From positions 22,887 through 86,886 of the forward strand of contig JAQGDQ010000863.1 of NCBI GenBank assembly GCA_030141605.1: 64,000 nt of DNA, given 5' to 3'. Within the stretch, counting starts at the first letter, position 1; every line of letters begins with the position of its first letter. Below, in pieces: positions 26,242 to 39,302 of this stretch. The position numbers and the translations under genes are program-made. The notes beneath the pieces are model-generated. The model made no database searches. It saw only the letters and a list, made by a program, of their open reading frames with translations, and was not told where the DNA came from. This DNA is from Tubiluchus corallicola (lineage: Eukaryota; Animalia; Priapulida).

Positions 26242-27077
26242 GTAATGCAGTTGTGTTATTCTAGTTAAAGGAAAAGACAAGCATTTTGAGAAGTTAGGCT
26301 TGTAACAATGTTTGGAAAAAATCTGAGAAGGATTTAGTTAGAAGTGTGATAAATGCTTCGCGTAATTAGTAAAATTACTTTTTAGTAGCAATATTTTCAC
26401 GCTTTTGTGCTCCCAGTTTGAATATTCATTCTTCCACTCATCACATTGTTCATTGTTCATTCTTCCACTCACGACATTGTTCATTGTTCATTCTTCCACT
26501 CATGACATTGTTCATTGGTTGAAGAAAAGCAACACATCGTCAATTCCCGCCAAAAGTATAATAAGTTTTTACAAAACATTAGATAGGTAATTTTGTGATA
26601 TTTTTGCATGACATGGTAAGCTGCAGAAGTTTGAAATAGTTTTAGCAGCACCTGCTTATAGGGAAGTCACAATGAACTTATGAATACAGTTATGAAAATG
26701 AAAAGTTCTATTAAGATTTCCGCTGTTGCCCAAGTTATCATAGTGAAAACTTCTGTTGAAATTTCTGCTATTAGCCAAGTTATCAAATTGCATGATTCTA
26801 TTAAGATTTCCACTATTGCTCAAGCTATCAAAGTGAATATTTTATTAAGATTTCCATTATTGCCCTAGTTATCAAAATGAAAAGTTCTATCTACACTGGT
26901 GAGTAAAAAGAATGACTTCTCGGTTAAAGATTCCCTGTATTGTCCAAGAGCATTTGTGAAAAATGATCATATTACCACATTGAGTTAGAAGAACTTACTA
27001 CCTTCATACTTCAGATGAAGCCATGTACCGACTGTACTGGGCTTCTCTTTATAATTTTATACATTAATCATTGTTAG

Positions 27078-27183
27078 ACAAAAAGCACAAGACCATTGCG
27101 GACCAGTCAACTCTTTGTCCAAGACAACAGTCAGGGATACACAAACCTGTTTTCTAGCAAGTTTGACTTGGTAAAGACAGCCG
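27078..27183 (+). CDS. dom: domino long-isoform exon
   Basis: TKSTRPLRTSQLFVQDNS..FDLVKTA. Confidence 0.9.
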
Positions 27184-27345
27184 GTGAGTCGTGTTCAAGT
27201 GCAGTTTACAGCTTTCGTATTAGTCTTTACCTTATTTAGCTTGAGAAACAACAGTTGCAGTGCTGTGATACCGTAATTAGCGTAGCGAGGTTCAACTCCC
27301 GTTCGTGACGTTCTTTCTTCAACGTTATGGTTTTGTTGATTTCAG

Positions 27346-27524
27346 CCGGCAAGAGAACGCCGACGTTGAAGCCGACTCTCGTTAACCCGACCTTGAAGAA
27401 TCCCAAGCACACGGCCGTTCTGCAGGTGAGCGGAATCACCTACGAGCAGCCGCTCACGCCCGTCCAGGTGGCAGCAGTGAGGGCCGAACGCATCGCACGT
27501 GAGAAGAAACAGGCACAGCAAGCG
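27346..27524 (+). CDS. dom: domino long-isoform exon
   Basis: KNPKHTAVLQVSGITYEQPLTPVQVAAVRAERIAREKK. Confidence 0.92.
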
Positions 27525-27589
27525 GTGAGATGTCTTTTTAACTTTTAATGTTTTTGACTTTCACTTGCAAAGATTTTCTTTTCCTCTAG

Positions 27590-28545
27590 ATGTGTTTTGG
27601 AATTGTGTGAACAAGTATTTTTTGTTTTGGAATTGTGTGAACAAGTATTTTTTGTTTTGGAATTGTGTGAACAAGTATTTTTTGTTTTGGAATTGTGTGA
27701 ACAAGTATTTTTTGTTTTGGAATTGTGTGAACAAGTATTTTTTGTTTTGGAATTGTGTGAACAAGTATTTTTTGTTTTGGAATTGTGTGAACAAGTATTT
27801 TTTGTTTTGGAATTGTGTGAACAAGTATTTTTTTGCTTTGGAATTGTGTGAACAAGTATTTTTTGTTTTGGAATTGTGTGAACAAGTATTTTTTGTTTTG
27901 GAATTGTGTGAACAAGTATTTTTTTTGCTTTGGAATTGTGTGAACAAGTATTTTTTTGTTTTGGAATTGTGTGAACAAGTATTTTTTTGCTTTGGAATTG
28001 TGTGAACAAGTATTTTTTGTTTTGGAATTGTGTGAACAAGTATTTTTTGTTTTGGAATTGTGTGAACAAGTATTTTTTGCTTTGGAATTGTGTGAACAAG
28101 TATTTTTTGTTTTGGAATTGTGTGAACAAGTATTTTTTGTTTTGGAATTGTGTGAACAAGTATTTTTTTTGCTTTGGAATTGTGTGAACAAGTATTTTTT
28201 TGTTTTGGAATTGTGTGAACAAGTATTTTTTTGTTTTAGAATTGTGTGAACAAGTATTTTTTGTTTTGGAATTGTGTGAACAAGTATTTTTTGTTTTGGA
28301 ATTGTGTGAACAAGTATTTTTTGCTTTGGAATTGTGTGAACAAGTATTTTTTTGTTTTGGAATTGTGTGAACAAGTATTTTTTTGTTTTGGAATTGTGTG
28401 AACAAGTATTTTTTTGTTTTGGAATTGTGTGAACAAGTATTTTTTTGTGTTGGAATTGTGTGAACAAGTATTTTTTTGTTTTGGAATTGTGTGAACAAGT
28501 ATTTTTTTGTTTTGGATTTGTGTGAACAACTATTTTTTGTTTTTC
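27590..28545. repeat. 30-32-bp minisatellite
   Basis: TTTTGGAATTGTGTGAACAAGTATTTTTTG. Confidence 0.96.
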
Positions 28546-29316
28546 CAAAAATGATTATACAATAATCGATAATTACACGAAAATTTAGTGATGCTAAACG
28601 TGAACAAATTTCAAACATTACTGCTAACCAGTGGGAAATAAACAAACTTGGGTTTCAACTGAGTTTAAATATTCCACAATTCAGCTTTAAACAGCCACAA
28701 AGCTTTTCAAGAATTTTTTCTCTCTCCCTACTGACATTTTTTGTCTTCACGGGGTAAGACAGAAATGAATTTTTTTGTGGCCAGCCTTAGTCAGACATAC
28801 AAATGATAGTGTGCTACCTTCTTATAAAAAATCTCCAACAACATAATTGTGTAGCTTGTATCGTTTAATCTGAAAACAAATAAGATAATTTTATAGAATT
28901 TTGCTCAATTTTACGGCGAAATCTAAACCAAACTGATCTAATTAACATTAGCAAAGTTTTACGCAAATTATAAAATCTAATCTCTAGTCATTTTAATAAA
29001 CAAAGGTTCAAGATTTAAGAAATTAATAAATCAACTTGCCTGGTGATCTTCTATAAGTGTAATTATGAAAGTATAACAACGAATCAATGAATGACGCTAA
29101 ACAATCTGTCACTGCAGTGTGTGAATGCCTGAGTTACTCCAATCTACAGGTAAGTGTACAGGTAAAAGACTGGTCACATGACCGGTCTAAAAGGAAACCA
29201 GTTTATAACAGAAAAGAGGGGGCAACACAAGTTTAAATCAGCACAAAAGTTTCTGTCGTAATGAATAAAAAGGGTTTCAGTAGTAATGAACAAAAAGGGT
29301 TTCTTTTTTCGTACAG

Positions 29317-29439
29317 GAACAGGAAAGGATCACACAAAGAGCTCAGCAAGCTCAAGCCCAGGCACAGGCTGCAGCTGCACAGGCTCAGGCTCAAGCTCAA
29401 CTTCAAGCTACGGTGCTGCCGGCTGGTGCCACCGTGCTG
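29317..29439 (+). CDS. dom: domino long-isoform exon (A/Q-rich)
   Basis: EQERITQRAQQAQAQAQ; canonical sites, phase 0/0. Confidence 0.8.
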
Positions 29440-30199
29440 GTACGTATGTTTAAATAATCCGAACAGTCGTGTTATTGCGGAGTTTTAGTTTTACGGCATT
29501 AGATAATTTTAAATGTTTTCAAGTTTTGGAAGGATTCGTACTTTAAAATTAACCCTTTCATACCCGTTGTATCCCGTGGGATACGAGAATATTTTCTGCC
29601 TTTAAAATTAATAAAATTTTAAAACGACAGTTATTTGATCTGTTAATAGTTATTTTGATTTAAGCCAATAACAATAGACTAAAAATGATGATAAAATGGC
29701 AAACTAGAAAATCTACATAGCACAAAAAACTGCGCAAGGTACAGTACTTTAGAGATGACTTTGTACAGATCAGCATAGCATGCATACTAAATGTCTTAAA
29801 TACTTTAAAAAATTATCAGCAGTTGCAAAATGAAGCACATTTTATGCTTCCATTGAATCCCAATGTATCCCGTGGGATACAGGCTATATTTAGCACGAGG
29901 GCAGAGGTAGAAAAAATAATTATTATGTGTAAACAAGATGGACATACTGAACAAAAGTACCAAGCCAAAAAATGTTTTCTTATTAAATTGACTATCAGAT
30001 GCCATTTCTAGTGAACAGTCCTAATGATTGTAATCTTGACATTTTTTGATACTTTGCAAACAAAGAATTCAGCCTTTCCACACAGTGCCTGTTATTAATG
30101 GTGTTAGGTAGATGTATAAAAGAACTCTAAAGCTGCTTTCTTGCAGTCGCCTATCCGTTTTCTCTTGCCGTCGTTATACTTCACGTTTCATGTTTTTAG

Positions 30200-30361
30200 C
30201 CAGCACAGTTGGCGAAGGCAGTGTCCGTTCCCGGCGCCGTGACTACCGTTTCACTCGCTAAAGGAGCCGCGTTACCACCAGGTGGCAGTATTGTAGTGAA
30301 TACTGTAGGGGGCATCGCAGCGATCAACAAAAGGCTAGTGCAGGCGGCAGGAGCTACAGCG
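30200..30361 (+). CDS. dom: domino long-isoform exon
   Basis: GC-richer island, PAQLAKAVSVPG..GATA|gtgagt. Confidence 0.78.
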
Positions 30362-30479
30362 GTGAGTACGTAACTACGGGAAAATGGAAAGTTTCATGCT
30401 GACTGTAGCTCACTGAATCTGTTTGTAAAAACACATTTTGTATGTAAGCCTGATCACCTTATTGTCTACATTTTGTATG

Positions 30480-31022
30480 CTGTTTTGACAACAACATTCC
30501 TTATGTTACATTGTTTTAAACACATTGTTTAAAGCGCATTGTTTCACTGTCATTGTTTTAGTGTGTTGTTTCAACAACAACATTCCTTATACAGCATTTT
30601 TTAAACACATTGTTTATAGTGCATTGCTTTACTGACATTGTTTTGGTGTTTCAACAACAATATGCCTTATACTGCATTGTTTTAGACACACTGTTTATAG
30701 CGCATTGTTTTACTGTGTTGTATTGTTTATAGCGCATTGTTTTACTGGCATTGTTTCAACACACATTGTTTATAGTGCATTATTTTGCTGACTTGGTTTT
30801 AGTGGGTTGTTTCAACAACAACATTGCTTATACTGCATTGTTTTAGACACATTGTTTATAGCGCATTGTTTTACTGACATCGTTGTAGTGTGTTGTTTCA
30901 ACAACATTCCTTATACTGCATTGTTTTAGACACATTGTTTATAGCGCATTGTTTTACTGACATTGTTTTAGTGTGTTGTTACAACAACAACATTGCTTAT
31001 ACTGCATTGTTTTGAAGCAACA
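30480..31022. repeat. degenerate tandem repeat (CATTGTTT-rich)
   Basis: Recurrent gcattgttttactg / caacaacattccttata motifs. Confidence 0.8.
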
Positions 31023-31279
31023 TTATTCGAATGTAAAAATCAGTAGCATCATTTTCTGTACATAACGTCACTGATACTTTTTTATTCAAATTCTCTGTTA
31101 GTTCTATAGTGGGGACACAGGTGCAAATCAAGAAGGATATATAATGGTTATCCCCCTGTAACAATGCCGCATCGTGTGTTTTAACTATTAGTGTCATAAC
31201 TAGGTATGTCTTCTTGAAATTTCTACAGTTTCGAAGCTGTCTCAAGAATAGGTTTTTCAATGTTTTGTCTCTCCTGTAG

Positions 31280-31388
31280 GTGTCAGCAGGGTCGACAATT
31301 GCTCCGGCACTGAGAGCTCAGCGTACTTCGAGTATCACTCAGCAAGAACTCAATGCAGTCGCTTCCCTGGTCACTCGCTCTGGAACAG
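31280..31388 (+). CDS. dom: domino long-isoform exon
   Basis: VSAGSTIAPALRAQR; phase 0/1. Confidence 0.78.
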
Positions 31389-31477
31389 GTGAAAAGCAAA
31401 TTAATCATTTCTTAGCGATCATCGATTATTGAATTTACATCTCGTTTTTCTTATCGCTAATCGAAAAATTTGTGCAG

Positions 31478-31606
31478 GTGTGACGTCCGCCTCCGCGCCG
31501 ACCATGGTAACAGTAGCCAGTCTGACTCCCGCTCAGGTTCAGCTTGCCGCACAGCGTTTAACCGCCGCTCAGGGAAGCATCACCGTGACGACGGTTGCTA
31601 CGACAG
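31478..31606 (+). CDS. dom: domino long-isoform exon
   Basis: GVTSASAPTMVTVASLTPAQVQLAAQRL; phase 1/1. Confidence 0.78.
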
Positions 31607-31648
31607 GTAAGGCAAACAGAAATGGTGAAATGGTGAAGTTGGTATCTT

Positions 31649-32414
31649 AAAACTTGATAACATTGTGCAAAACTTGACAAGAATGTGCAAAACTTGACAA
31701 CAATGTGCAAAACTTGACAATGTGCAAAACTGGCTAACAATGTGCAAAACTTGACAACAATGTGCAAAACTTGACAACGATGTGCAAAACTTGACAACGA
31801 TGTGCAAAACTTGACAACAATGTGCAAAACTTGACAAGAATGTGCAAAACTTGACAACAATGTGCAAAACTTGACAACAATGTGCAAAACTTGACAACAA
31901 TGTGCAAAACTTGACAACAATGTGCAAAACTTGACAACAATGTGCAAAACTTGACAACGATGTGCAAAACTTGACAACGATGTGCAAAACTTGACAACGA
32001 TGTGCAAAACTTGACAACGATGTGCAAAACTTGACAACGATGTGCAAAACTTGACAACGATGTGCAAAACGTGACAACGATGTGCAAAACGTGACAACAG
32101 TGTGCAAAACCTGACAACAGTGTGCAAAACCTGACAACAGTGTGCAAAACCTGACAACAGTGTGCAAAACCTGACAACAGTGTGCAAAACCTGACAACAG
32201 TGTGCAAAACTTGACAACGATGTGCAAAACCTGACAACAGTGTGCAGAACCTGACAACAATGTGCAGAACATGACAACAATGTGCAGAACATGACAACAA
32301 TGTGCAGAACCTGACAACAATGTGCAAAACCTGACAACAATGTGCAAAACCTGACAACAATGTGCAGAACATGACAACAATGTGCAGAACATGATAACAA
32401 TGTACAAAACTTGA
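31649..32414. repeat. 20-bp minisatellite TGTGCAAAACTTGACAACAA
   Basis: Direct tandem copies with clustered variants. Confidence 0.96.
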
Positions 32415-32483
32415 TTATTATTGTTTGTTATTATTCGTTTGTATTTTTTTCTTATTCTTGACATATTTGTATGTGTCTGTTAG

Positions 32484-32650
32484 GTGGCTTACAAACTATC
32501 ACGACCACCAAGACCCTTTCCACGCATCCGTTGCAGATACTCAGACAGAAACAGCTACAGCAGCAGCACCAGCAGCAGCTGAAACAACAGCAACAGCTCC
32601 GCCTACAGGCTGGAATTACAAGCATAACATCGCCGACGGTTCTGGTGGAT
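32484..32650 (+). CDS. dom: domino long-isoform exon (Q-rich)
   Basis: LQILRQKQLQQQHQQQLKQQQQ; phase 1/0. Confidence 0.8.
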
Positions 32651-32884
32651 GTAAGCAATTGATTTTTTGAAGCGTAGTTTTCCTTTAATTCTCTGAAGTT
32701 TGCTATTGCACTAGCATAGACATTATTGTGGAGAAAATTACTAATGTTTCACAGGGAAATGGGAATTTATTCAAGCGGCATCAATTGTATGTTTGGTCCA
32801 GTTTGTTCGAATTACTGAAAAATGATTGATTCAAGATTTAAGATTCATTTATTCCGAATCACACATCATATATCAGGATCAATG

Positions 32885-33255
32885 TGTTGTGGAAATCGCT
32901 GGCATCTATTAGAATTAAATAGAGCATTGTAGAATGTTCCATTAGAATAATCGTCTTACCTTGTAGAATGTTCTAGAAAGAAACGTCTGGAATGTTCCCT
33001 GGCACCCTATATAAGTTGAAGCAGGCCGCTGAGACAGACAGACGCAGATTCACACGGACGCACACTTACACATTCTCTTGTATACTTGTATTTTCAGATA
33101 CACTCAAACGTTTTCCAGGTTTCACGTTTACTGTAAACATTTCACGTTCCTTCATACTTTTGTGTTGTAGAATTCTCGCTTAATAAACTAGTTTAATTTA
33201 ACGAAGTGTTTTCTGGTTTTCTCTGCGAGCCTTTCGAGAGAAACAAAACACAACA
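32885..33255 (+). mobile_element. solo LTR with heat-shock elements
   Basis: TGTTGTG..CACAACA termini, perfect 5-bp TSD CAATG, TATATAA at 33008, AATAAA at 33182. Confidence 0.85.
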
Positions 33256-33397
33256 CAATGTTACAGTATGAAACATTGTGAATGCTCAAAGAAAGTTTCA
33301 ATGATGTGTTGTGTCGTAACTTCCCCCCCCCCCTGAAGCCTAGCTTGACGGGCAACTTGAAAAGTGGAACAGAGGTAAACATAGGCATTGATTTAAT

Positions 33398-33881
33398 CGG
33401 GGATGAGAATTTTCCGCGGATACGCGGAATTCCGAGTTTTTGGAAGACCACTAGTGCCATTATTGTAAATCGCGTAAATTCTTTGAGAAAATTTTTACGG
33501 ACCCAGTACATTATTTCACAAGCTGCCCGCTAGTTGGCAGGCCGCACTTTGTTTACATCACGTGCATCAGTGCAACCACGTGTACATCTCTATGTATAAA
33601 AATATAGAATCTATTGTGTGGAGTTATTTGAGTCAATAGCAGACAGTTTTTATATACTTTTGCATAGAAGCGGCCAGTACTTAGGCATTTTTGAGACAAT
33701 TAGGTATCATGTATCCTTGATAGCTGGGTATTTTAAATTCTACATGAACCGAGGTAACTGATATTTTAAGTCCACTTAGAGGCTCTCTATGGTCACAAAA
33801 TTGCAATTTGTTGCTGGCTCTGCGGCCCCCAAACCCCCGGCCTGTTTCAGAGTTTTTTGCAATTTGTCATTCTCATCCCTG
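33398..33881. mobile_element. MITE family A, second full copy
   Basis: Near-identical to 1251-1752; flanks tttaat/cttaat. Confidence 0.75.
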
Positions 33882-34016
33882 CTTAATTGATTGGTTTTGG
33901 TTTGTTAGTCGGCCGATTAATCGTTTATATATTTAAATAGAAATATTAATGTATGGTAATGAATATTTCAGTCTATAGTGGGTATTGTTAATTTTTCTCT
34001 ATTCGTAGTGGCTATA

Positions 34017-34616
34017 TACCGTATTTTCCCGTGTATAAGAGACCCTTGTGTATAAGAGACCCCTTCAATTTTTAGGCAAAAATTCTGGAAAAAAGTTTTT
34101 TGGTAATGAATAACTTTATTCATCATAGAAATCATTAAATTCCTCATCACTCTCATCAAAAATATCAACTGGAGTCAGACCTGTGTCACGATGCTTGTAT
34201 TGCTTACAACCGCTTCATAGTCGAACGCGACACGCCTTGCTTAGGCTGACTCATCTCGTTGACCTCTGCCGACGTATCAATGACCTCGACGGGCATGCAG
34301 AGAGCTTATGCAGATGCGTTGATTGGCTGCAGAACAATCGATTTCTCTCCAATACCAAAGAGACATTTAAAAAAATAATAACTTACCCGGTACATTAATT
34401 TTATCATTAGAATTTAGCCATGGAGAAGATTTATTGAAAGGAAACTATAATTATTCGAAATAAAACGTTTGTAGAGCACTTATTTCTTTAAAATCATTAG
34501 TGTCACAATTTATGCATCTTATTGAAAAGACTTACTCCCATGTATAAGAGACCCCCTATTTTTAAAGTGAAAATTCTGAGCAAAAAAGGGTCTCTTATAC
34601 ACGGGAAAATACGGTG
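34017..34616. mobile_element. Tc1/mariner-type MITE
   Basis: About 28-bp perfect TIR ACCGTATTTTCCCGTGTATAAGAGACCC. Confidence 0.8.
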
Positions 34617-34894
34617 TATATGGTGTTTATTTCTTTTTTTAGAAAAATGACCTAGTACATGTTTGAGTGCATCATTTTGAGTTTTTTCTAGCCTGTCTGT
34701 TTGGGTTTTAGAAATGTTTGCAAGTAGATGGCAGCCATAAGATAAATATATATAGTTCGCTGCCAATCTCCCCAGCAAGCTGTATTAGCCGATCTGTCGT
34801 TGGAGTTGATTGATTAGTTGAACCTGGTTGGTTTCTCGGTTCATCGATTGACTATGACTGGAAGTAGCATAACTATCATTCTCAATTTGTTTAG

Positions 34895-35026
34895 GAACAA
34901 GCAAAGCTAAAACAGCAGCAACAGTTACAGAAGCTTACTGTTCAAGGAATAAAACCAACCAGCATAGCCACGGTAGTCGCCCCGGCAACCGTTTCTACGA
35001 CATTTGCATCAGCTTTGATATCTCAG
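34895..35026 (+). CDS. dom: domino long-isoform exon
   Basis: EQAKLKQQQQLQKL; phase 0/0. Confidence 0.75.
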
Positions 35027-35521
35027 GTATAGGCTATTAATAATACACTGTTGATTCTACTGTGTTTTTTTTTCTGCTTTTTTCTCTCTTTTTGCAGCAT
35101 CCATGTTTTATCATTTTCCTCTTATGGCCTGTAGATTTAACAATTTTTATTTTACTTTGATTTTTGTTGGCTTCTCCACAATTTCTTTTGAAAGAGTGAG
35201 AATGATTAATTTTATTAGTTTGATGACTTGGTGGCGTATAAAACCTGGCTGATCTCAGAGTGGGCGGCTAAAAGTAGGACGGACGGACATACAATGAAGC
35301 AGAACATCACATGATAGTTGACATTTTTATTCATTAGTGCATCGTACTGTTTTAGTCGCCGACTAACAAATAAAGCAATCTTTGTTGTCCAGAAGCTTAG
35401 TGTTTTTGACTCATTAAAACAAGACATTCTCAAGTCTTTTTGATGGGACAGTCACAGACGCTCAAAAAGTTGACGACATTGTACAAAATTCATTTTAACG
35501 ATGTTTTGTTTTGTTCGACAG

Positions 35522-35701
35522 GCGCAGAAGTTACCAGCTAAGGGAACGCGTGCGATGACCGAGGCTGAAATGCAACAGTTTTTCAAAAGACAACATTTGC
35601 AGCAGCTCAAACAACAACAACAGCAGCAGCAACAGCAACAACAGCAGCAGAGCAATGCCAGCAGCACACAGCAGATAGCTATACACTCTAGTCCCATACA
35701 G
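35522..35701 (+). CDS. dom: domino long-isoform exon (poly-Q)
   Basis: RAMTEAEMQQFFKRQ followed by a poly-Q run. Confidence 0.82.
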
Positions 35702-36762
35702 GTATAAGACCTAGAAGTCTAGAAATCATACAGCAAGTTCTCGTGTAACGCCGCTAAATGATTTCCAGAAAACAGTCCTATACTCAAAAATCAAAAACGA
35801 ACAAAATGTTTCACAGGACAGTTATGTCTCCGTTTAACGACGCTAATGCGTTTCAATGAAATGCGACGTTAAACGAAGCCAATTCTTCAATGGAAAGTAG
35901 CGTAAAAGAACTGAGATACGTTCCAGAGGCAACAATCAGTGCTGCTTAATTCATATAAATGAAACATTTCATGAGTTTTACTGCTGATTAGTATCATATG
36001 GACACTGGTTGCTATAGCAACAGGTTGGAGTCAAAATTCCTTTGCGTAAAGTTTGCACCCAGGTGTCTAGAAGTGTATAAATAGCAAATAGATATCTTGC
36101 CTTACACAAGCGGCTAGTTTTAGCAGAAGGGAAGGAATTTTACCTGCGGCAGAAGTTTACACTTGAATTGTTTTCTATTACTAGTACAGTGCAATAGTTA
36201 GTGATTTTATGCTTCAAATCAAGTAAAAAAACTTGTTGATAAAATAATAAATGGCTGTAAGCAAAGTAAAAAAAAGTGTCATTAAAATGAAACATCGCGT
36301 CAAGTGAAAAAAGGCGTCAAACACTCAGTGTCGTTAACATGAAATGGCGCTAAACGTGAAGTCGTTAAGTGAATACTGATTGTAAGTGAGCAATTTCCTT
36401 TGCCGGAAGAACAAATGTTGTAGATGGATCCATGCTTAATCACATTTCAAGCAGGATATCATATTTATCCCTTTTCGTTTCCGTACATGCAGTGGTATAG
36501 ATTCATTAACCTCCATAATAGCATAATTCATACAAAACTGATTCAAAAATCAAAATAACATTACAAAGAGTGGCATGTATAGTGATTTCATGCTTGTGTT
36601 TATGTAGAATAATTACACGACAGATAGTCAGTAGCTTATTTTCATTGACATGTTTTTTTTTTCTAGTGAAATTGACAATAGAACACGTACATTCATTTGG
36701 TCTTTCTGCTGTTTCATTCAGTGTTTGTCATCATTTTTGAAGCTTTACCTTTCATTTTGCAG

Positions 36763-36939
36763 TTTACCACGGCTCAGATAGTGCAGGCTCAGGTACAGCA
36801 GGGAAGCGCGGCTAATTCTTCCGGAGGAGGTCCGACTCCGATTGCGACGCTCCTTAAACCGGTTAACGCTCCCGCTGCGTCTAACGTTACTCTACCCGTC
36901 AGCATACCTGGCGTGAATATCAACGTTAATCTGCCGCAG
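36763..36939 (+). CDS. dom: domino long-isoform exon
   Basis: FTTAQIVQAQVQQ..GVNINVNLPQ|gtaagc. Confidence 0.8.
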
Positions 36940-37022
36940 GTAAGCTAGATTCGACAATCCGTTTGTGTAGTGCTGTTGCCATGACGATCCTGCGCATTCC
37001 TAGCATTTTTACCTTTCATTTC

Positions 37023-37664
37023 TTTTGACCGAGTTTGGTTCCAAAACTTTGGTTTTGGATATACTTTTGACCAAGTTTGGTTCAAAAACTTTGGTTTTGG
37101 ATGTACTTTTGACCGAGTTTGGTTCAAAAACTTTGGTTTTGGCTGTACTTTTGACCGAGTTTGGTTCCAAAATTTTGGTTTTGGCTGTACTTTTGACCGA
37201 GTTTGGTTCCAAAATTTTGGTTTTGGCTGTACTTTTGATCGAGTTTGGTTCAAAAACTTTGGCTTTGGATATACTTTTGACCATGTTTGGTTCAAACACT
37301 TTGGTTTTGGATATACTTTTGACCAAGTTTGGTTCAAAAATTTTGGTTTTGGATATACTTTTGACCAAGTTTGGTTCCAAAATTTTGGTTTTGGATGTAC
37401 TTTTGACCGAGTTTGGTTCCAAAATTTTGGTTTTGTATGTACTTTTGACCGAGTTTGGTTCCAAAATTTTGGTTTTGTATGTACTTTTGACCGAGTTTGG
37501 TTCCAAAATTTTGGTTTTGGATGTACTTTTGACCGAGTTTGGTTCCAAAATTTTGGTTTTGTATGTACTTTTGACCGAGTTTGGTTCCAAAATTTTGGTT
37601 TTGTATGTACTTTTGACCGAGTTTGGTTCCAAAATTTTGGTTTTGTATATACTTTTGACCAAGT
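37023..37664. repeat. 42-bp minisatellite
   Basis: TTTTGACCGAGTTTGGTTCCAAAATTTTGGTTTTGGATGTAC. Confidence 0.95.
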
Positions 37665-37722
37665 CTTGTGCTTTTTCAACACTGGAGAAAGTTTTAGTGG
37701 GTAAAGTTCTACTTGTTTTCAG

Positions 37723-37860
37723 GTAAAATCTGCAAGTCCCCAACTTACAAAGATTCAAACAGCGACGCAGCAACAGCAGATGCGGCAGCTGCAGCTACAA
37801 CAACAGTTGCTACGACAACCGAAGTTGCAGCACTCGCAGAAATTGGCAACTTTTGCACAG
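37723..37860 (+). CDS. dom: domino long-isoform exon
   Basis: VKSASPQLTKIQTATQQQQMRQLQLQQQLL. Confidence 0.78.
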
Positions 37861-38134
37861 GTATTTTAACATTTGTTTTTGGAAATTTTTTTGCTTCTTT
37901 GAAAGCATAATTCGCATCTGTTATTCTAATACTACTGACACTGATTTTTACAAAAACAGAAGTAACAAATCAAAAATTTAAAGAGTATTTTTAGTAATGA
38001 TGAACATTTTTTGTTGGCGATTATGCGCCAGAACAATGCTCAGAATGGCTAAAAAAGTTCAGTGCTTTTTATGTAATCTACATGTCGATTATTTCATCCT
38101 ATAGGGAATATATATATCTTTGAATTTCCTACAG

Positions 38135-38311
38135 GTAACAGGTAAAACTACGCCCACACAGTTGAGCGCTGTGCAAATTGTTCATCAACTGCAGACGCAC
38201 AAACAACTTCCGGCAGCAGTCAGCGTTCAGCAGGTTCAGCCGACGAGTAAACAGATCAGCGCAGCTACGGTGCAACAGGTGTCGACGCAACCGCACGCTC
38301 AGCTCCAGCAG
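38135..38311 (+). CDS. dom: domino long-isoform exon
   Basis: VTGKTTPTQLSAVQIVHQLQ; phase 0/0. Confidence 0.78.
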
Positions 38312-38456
38312 GTAATTAGTTAGGCGTTTTTGTGGCCGCTTTATTAGATTTTACTGAGTTTGAGTTTTCACAATAATGTGCAGGAGCAGTTTAGGTTCTT
38401 TTTCTTGAATTCAGTCAAACTTCTCTATACCGCTTACTTTGGGACATTACATACAT

Positions 38457-39010
38457 GGTTGGCATCCTTCTGTCTCGAAAGACAATGGAGTGTGCGCCAA
38501 GAGAGTCGGTTATTGATCACATTGTGGAGCTGCAGCGTCGACTGTGGCTGAGCAGTCCGATCCTTGAACCACTGGAGTGGCCTCTCCAGGGCACACCTGG
38601 GCAAGGTGTATGGAGATCTTAAGTTGCCCAGACAACAGGAACCCCCTCTCTTCCTCGCTGGTGTAGTCCAAAGGAAAGCGGAGCGATACGCTTGGCACCA
38701 GGTTGGCTGCAGGAGCTGCCGGAGTCAGTGAGCATGCTGCACTGGTCCGCCTTCGGGGCTCCACTCCTGATTTGGAAGGTTTACTCCTCTACACATAGCC
38801 ATTGGGTCACTTGACCTCCTCCGCCCTCTAGCCGTTGGCTGCTTGTGCAGCTCATCCGCCTAGTGTCGAGATACAGTGTGGGCATCCCGCAAGCCTACAG
38901 CACCTGGTATTCCTAGGTGGTCACCCACCCAAGTACTAACCAGGCTCTACATTGCTTATTTTCGGTGATCAGACGAGAACCAGTATTTTCAACGTGATTT
39001 GGCCGTAGTC
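38457..39010 (-). mobile_element. 5S-derived SINE, longest copy
   Basis: 5S head at about 38891-39010, same body and tail; TSD TACATACATG. Confidence 0.88.
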
Positions 39011-39302
39011 TCATTAATACATACATGTCTATGTAGATACAAACTTTTTTTTCGAAAAATTTGAGCGTTAAACGAGGTTGGCATTACAAAGGGGAGTGTC
39101 GTAGCAAGGTTTGACTGTAATTTATGAAACACTGTTGCACATTGTTTGCACTAACAATGCCAATATGTTAACAGAGGTTATTATTGGAAATATAATCAAT
39201 ATTAGTAGATATGACGGTAGATATGTTAGTGTTTACTTTTGACATACGTAGGAGTAAATGTGAATTTTCTTACATTTTAACATATGTCCTTGTTTATTAC
39301 AG

